Source of the DNA: Callorhinchus milii
Lineage: Eukaryota
Length of the DNA: 64,000 nt
Assembly (NCBI RefSeq): GCF_018977255.1
Contig: NW_024704742.1
Span: forward strand, 135,782,001-135,846,000
Reading direction: 5' to 3'
Part shown: positions 60,652 to 64,000 of the stretch, piece after piece
Numbering within the stretch: position 1 is the stretch's first letter
Layout: each line of letters begins with the position of its first letter
Position numbers and translations under genes: made by a program
The notes under the pieces: generated by a model
Seen by the model: the letters and a program-made list of their open reading frames with translations, nothing else
Databases searched by the model: none
What the model was told of the DNA's origin: nothing

Positions 60652-63600
60652 GTTAACTTAACTGGAGCTAATTTAACAGTTAACTTAACCAGAAGCTTCC
60701 TGCTGTACAAAATGTGGTTAGGCGGATCGCTTTTCCGGGGTAATAATTCCTTCCAAAAAAAAATAATAATTTGGTCACTTTAATCCACGACTGTTTGTGG
60801 GACGCTGCTGTACGCAATTGGCTGCTGCGTTTCGTCCATATAATATACGGTCAATTCACTTTATATTATATTCTGTGAAACGCTTTGAAACGTGATAAGG
60901 CGCTATATCGAATGCAAGGATTATTATTATATTATTACTGTCTGCTTGACAAGCCTGAGATGCTATCCTGTGTGAGAGGCGCTATATAAATGCAAGTTGT
61001 TGTTGTTGAAACCCACAATGTCTGTCAGACATACCACATTATCTGTCAGTTCATTCCACATCCTAATAACTCTGAGTGAAAAACATATGAAACAAAGACA
61101 GGCAGCGAAGCAAAGGGACACAGACAGTTTTTTCACTGAGTGTCTGTCTCACACACACAGGAAGAGAATGAGATGGACAATGAGGCCGAGAGAGAGAGAC
61201 GTACACACACACACAGTAAAACACATACACGCACAGAGTCCGTGAGAGACATCTACAGAGAGAGATGCACACTTAGAGGCAATGGGACTGAGTGAAAGAG
61301 ACACAAATGCAGAGAGACACACACATTGAGGCAGAGGAAAGAGGGAGACACACACATACAGACAGAGACACATAAATACACATTGAGGCAGAGGAAAAAG
61401 TGAGAGACTCACACACACACGTACAGATACACACACGCACTGAGGCAGAGACAGAGGGAGATACACACGAGCATAGAGGCATAGAGTCCCAATACTCTCA
61501 GCACCTGAAATCCCACACATCATCAGTAAATGCCCTCCCTGACCCTAACACCAGCTGACCCTCGAGCTGCGGCTGAGAATAGAGCAGAACTGAACGTTCA
61601 AAATAAAAAAACATTATTATTTTGCAACTTCATAACTGACATCCTAGTGTTTGATCTCATTCCAAATCGCTGCAAATCAGCCAGTTGTTTAGCTTATGAA
61701 TTCCACTGGGAACATTACCATCATAATAAGCCGTGTCTTTGATGTGACCAGTCATTATTGAGATGTCGCGAGGAGCTGATTATAGATAATACTCCTGATA
61801 TTGTAAATATCCCGATTTCAGTCATTCTTTTGTCCATGAAATGCATTTGTTGAAATACACGCGATGAGAGCAGTGGAGACGAATAATAACAATAATAATC
61901 CTTTCATTTTATTTAATGCCTCTCACATCGAGAAGACATCTCAAAGCACTTCTCAGAACTTACTGTGAAGGATGGCGATTGTGTGTTTTGTGGGCGAAAA
62001 TGGCAGCCAGTTTGCACACAGTGAATAACCAATTTTATTTGGGGGATTATTGGCCAGCCCGGGAGACAGAAACTCCTTTCTCTTTTCGAATAGTGCCGTG
62101 AGATTTTTAACGTCCAAACAGACGGGACTTTGGTGTAACGTCTCATCCAAAGCACGGCATCTCTGACAATGCAACACACCCCAGCTCTGTGTGAGAGTGT
62201 CAGCTTAGACTATGTGACTCTAGGTCCTGGGCTTGAACCCACAATCTTCTGACTCAGAGTGAGAGTGTTACCACTGAGACAGTCTGATACGTCAATACCT
62301 CTGCGACCCAAGTCTCCATCTGTTTCTATTGTAAACATCCCAATTGATCCCACCACTACAACTCTCTATGTGAAGAAATGCTTCCTCATCTCAATCATAA
62401 TAGTTATTATTATTTATTATTATAGACTCACGTGGTTCTGATTCTGTGCCCTTGACCAGAGGAAGTGGAGTCCACTGTCCAACTGAGACTTGAAGGTCAG
62501 AAAGGCCTCTCCCCAAAGTTTCAAATCCTACGAAACCTTAGGCAAGTTTCCTTACTCCACACACATCTGTTTACCTAGCAGTGACTAGGAACGCCAGTGA
62601 TAGTCGATTGTCGGATCGTTTTCCGGGGATAATAATTCACATGAAAAGCGGTGACCAATTTGCACTCAGCTACGTTCCTGCAAAACAGCCATGGAGTGAG
62701 TGACTTATTGATCTTTCACTTTCGCCTGTCTGTCTATCTGTCTGTCCGTCCATCCGTCCCCATCCGTACGTCCATCTGTCTCTATCCCCAGCTTTGCATC
62801 AGGCCACTGTTAAGCTCTCCGAGACGCTGCCCAGCATAAAAGGCGCAATATAAATGCACGTTGTCGTTCTCTCTCCCTTTGTCTTGCTGTCTCTGTCTCT
62901 AATCATATTGTGTGTATTTCTGCATTCATCGGCTGTAATTACCTTGTATCAATCCCACTTCCCTCCGTCTGCCAGTTCAGGGAATTCAAGTGAAGCGAAC
63001 CTTCCCCTCCACCTCAGGAGGCATGGCTTTGGCAGGTCGAGCTTGTTCCCTGAGATAGCTGTGAGCAGTGCCCCCAGTCACAATCATACACTTTACACTC
63101 CAGCTGCACAGCTCAGCTTTACAGTTCCTGTGGAGTTCGGTAGCTCAGTGGTTAGAGCGCTCGAGAGGAGCCGAGAGTGAACTGTGAACTTTCCTTTTAA
63201 CATTGATTTAAAAGCCTCTCAAGTCTCTCTTCGAGCCATCTTCTCTGAGTGCTATGCGGTTTTTAGCTGGTTAGACTCCAGCAGTTACCCCAGTGCAGAC
63301 TCTGGGGTCCTCCAAGCCTTGGCTCTTGCCAACCTGCGCCTAATACTCTCCGGAATTAGATAAACAGAATGCGTCCCTCCAGGGAGAGAGAGAAAGAGTG
63401 CATTCCATTCCAACAATCTCTCTCTTGGTTTGGATACTCTTAAGCACAGTGATGGGTTTCCGCCTGTGTCAGACACCCGGCTGACCGAAAAAAACCGGGC
63501 CAGCCTTGCTCAGTAGCTCACGCTCTCGATGCTGGGTCAGCAGGTTGTGGGATCCCCCCATGTTGGGACTTTAAATTCACACAGTCCAGGCTTACGTTCC

Positions 63601-64000
63601 ATTACAGTAGTACTGGGGTGGGAGTGGGGAGAGCCACTAGATTGTCAGAGTTGACGCCTTCTGATGCGACGTTAAACCTCTCTCCGCCTGTTCAGGTGGA
63701 CTTTAATGATGCCACTATTTCAAAATAGAAGCGCGTTTCTCCCCTTGTTCTGGTCGACAACGTACCAGACAAAAATTTAATTAAACAAATAATAATTTGG
63801 TCACTCAATCTACGGCAATTGGTGGGAAACTGCCGGACGCAATTGTTACAGTGTTATACCCACAAAATACACAGTCAATTCACTTTACAGTCAAATCCTG
63901 TGATATGAAAATGCTATTAATCTTATGTTTCTCCCACAAAATATACATGTCAATCCATTTTACCACAATGTGATAAGGCGCTATAACAAATGCAAGGATT

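Noticed and set aside
1..64000. Harbinger/HARBI1 DDE transposase partner for the Myb genes
   Set aside because: No ORF with a recognisable DDE_Tnp_4-type motif and no bounding TIRs seen; a decayed copy cannot be excluded without TBLASTN

Overview
Repeat-rich vertebrate DNA, most likely from a cartilaginous fish such as a chimaera (inferred only from the SacSINE1/DeuSINE-like SINEs and dense L2 LINEs). The left 26 kb holds three genes. One is a complete 9-coding-exon DNA polymerase iota gene (POLI, minus strand, 14595->5923, 672 aa). It is sandwiched between two inverted paralogs of an unnamed 3-exon gene for a Myb/SANT-like (Harbinger-Myb/NAIF1/MSANTD-type) protein with a C-terminal helical region. 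Paralog B is complete (minus, 26080->16854, ~502 aa). Paralog A (plus, 2876->5049) lacks its first exon in this window. The paralogs share exon phases, a 127/128-identical tract suggesting gene conversion, and Pumilio-type TGTAAATA elements next to their polyA signals. The right ~37 kb has no recognisable protein-coding exon. It contains L2/CR1 fragments, two tRNA-headed SINE families, satellites, several fold-back inverted repeats, an unclassified repeat family and some unique islands that may be enhancers. All alignments and counts were made by eye; no database searches were run.
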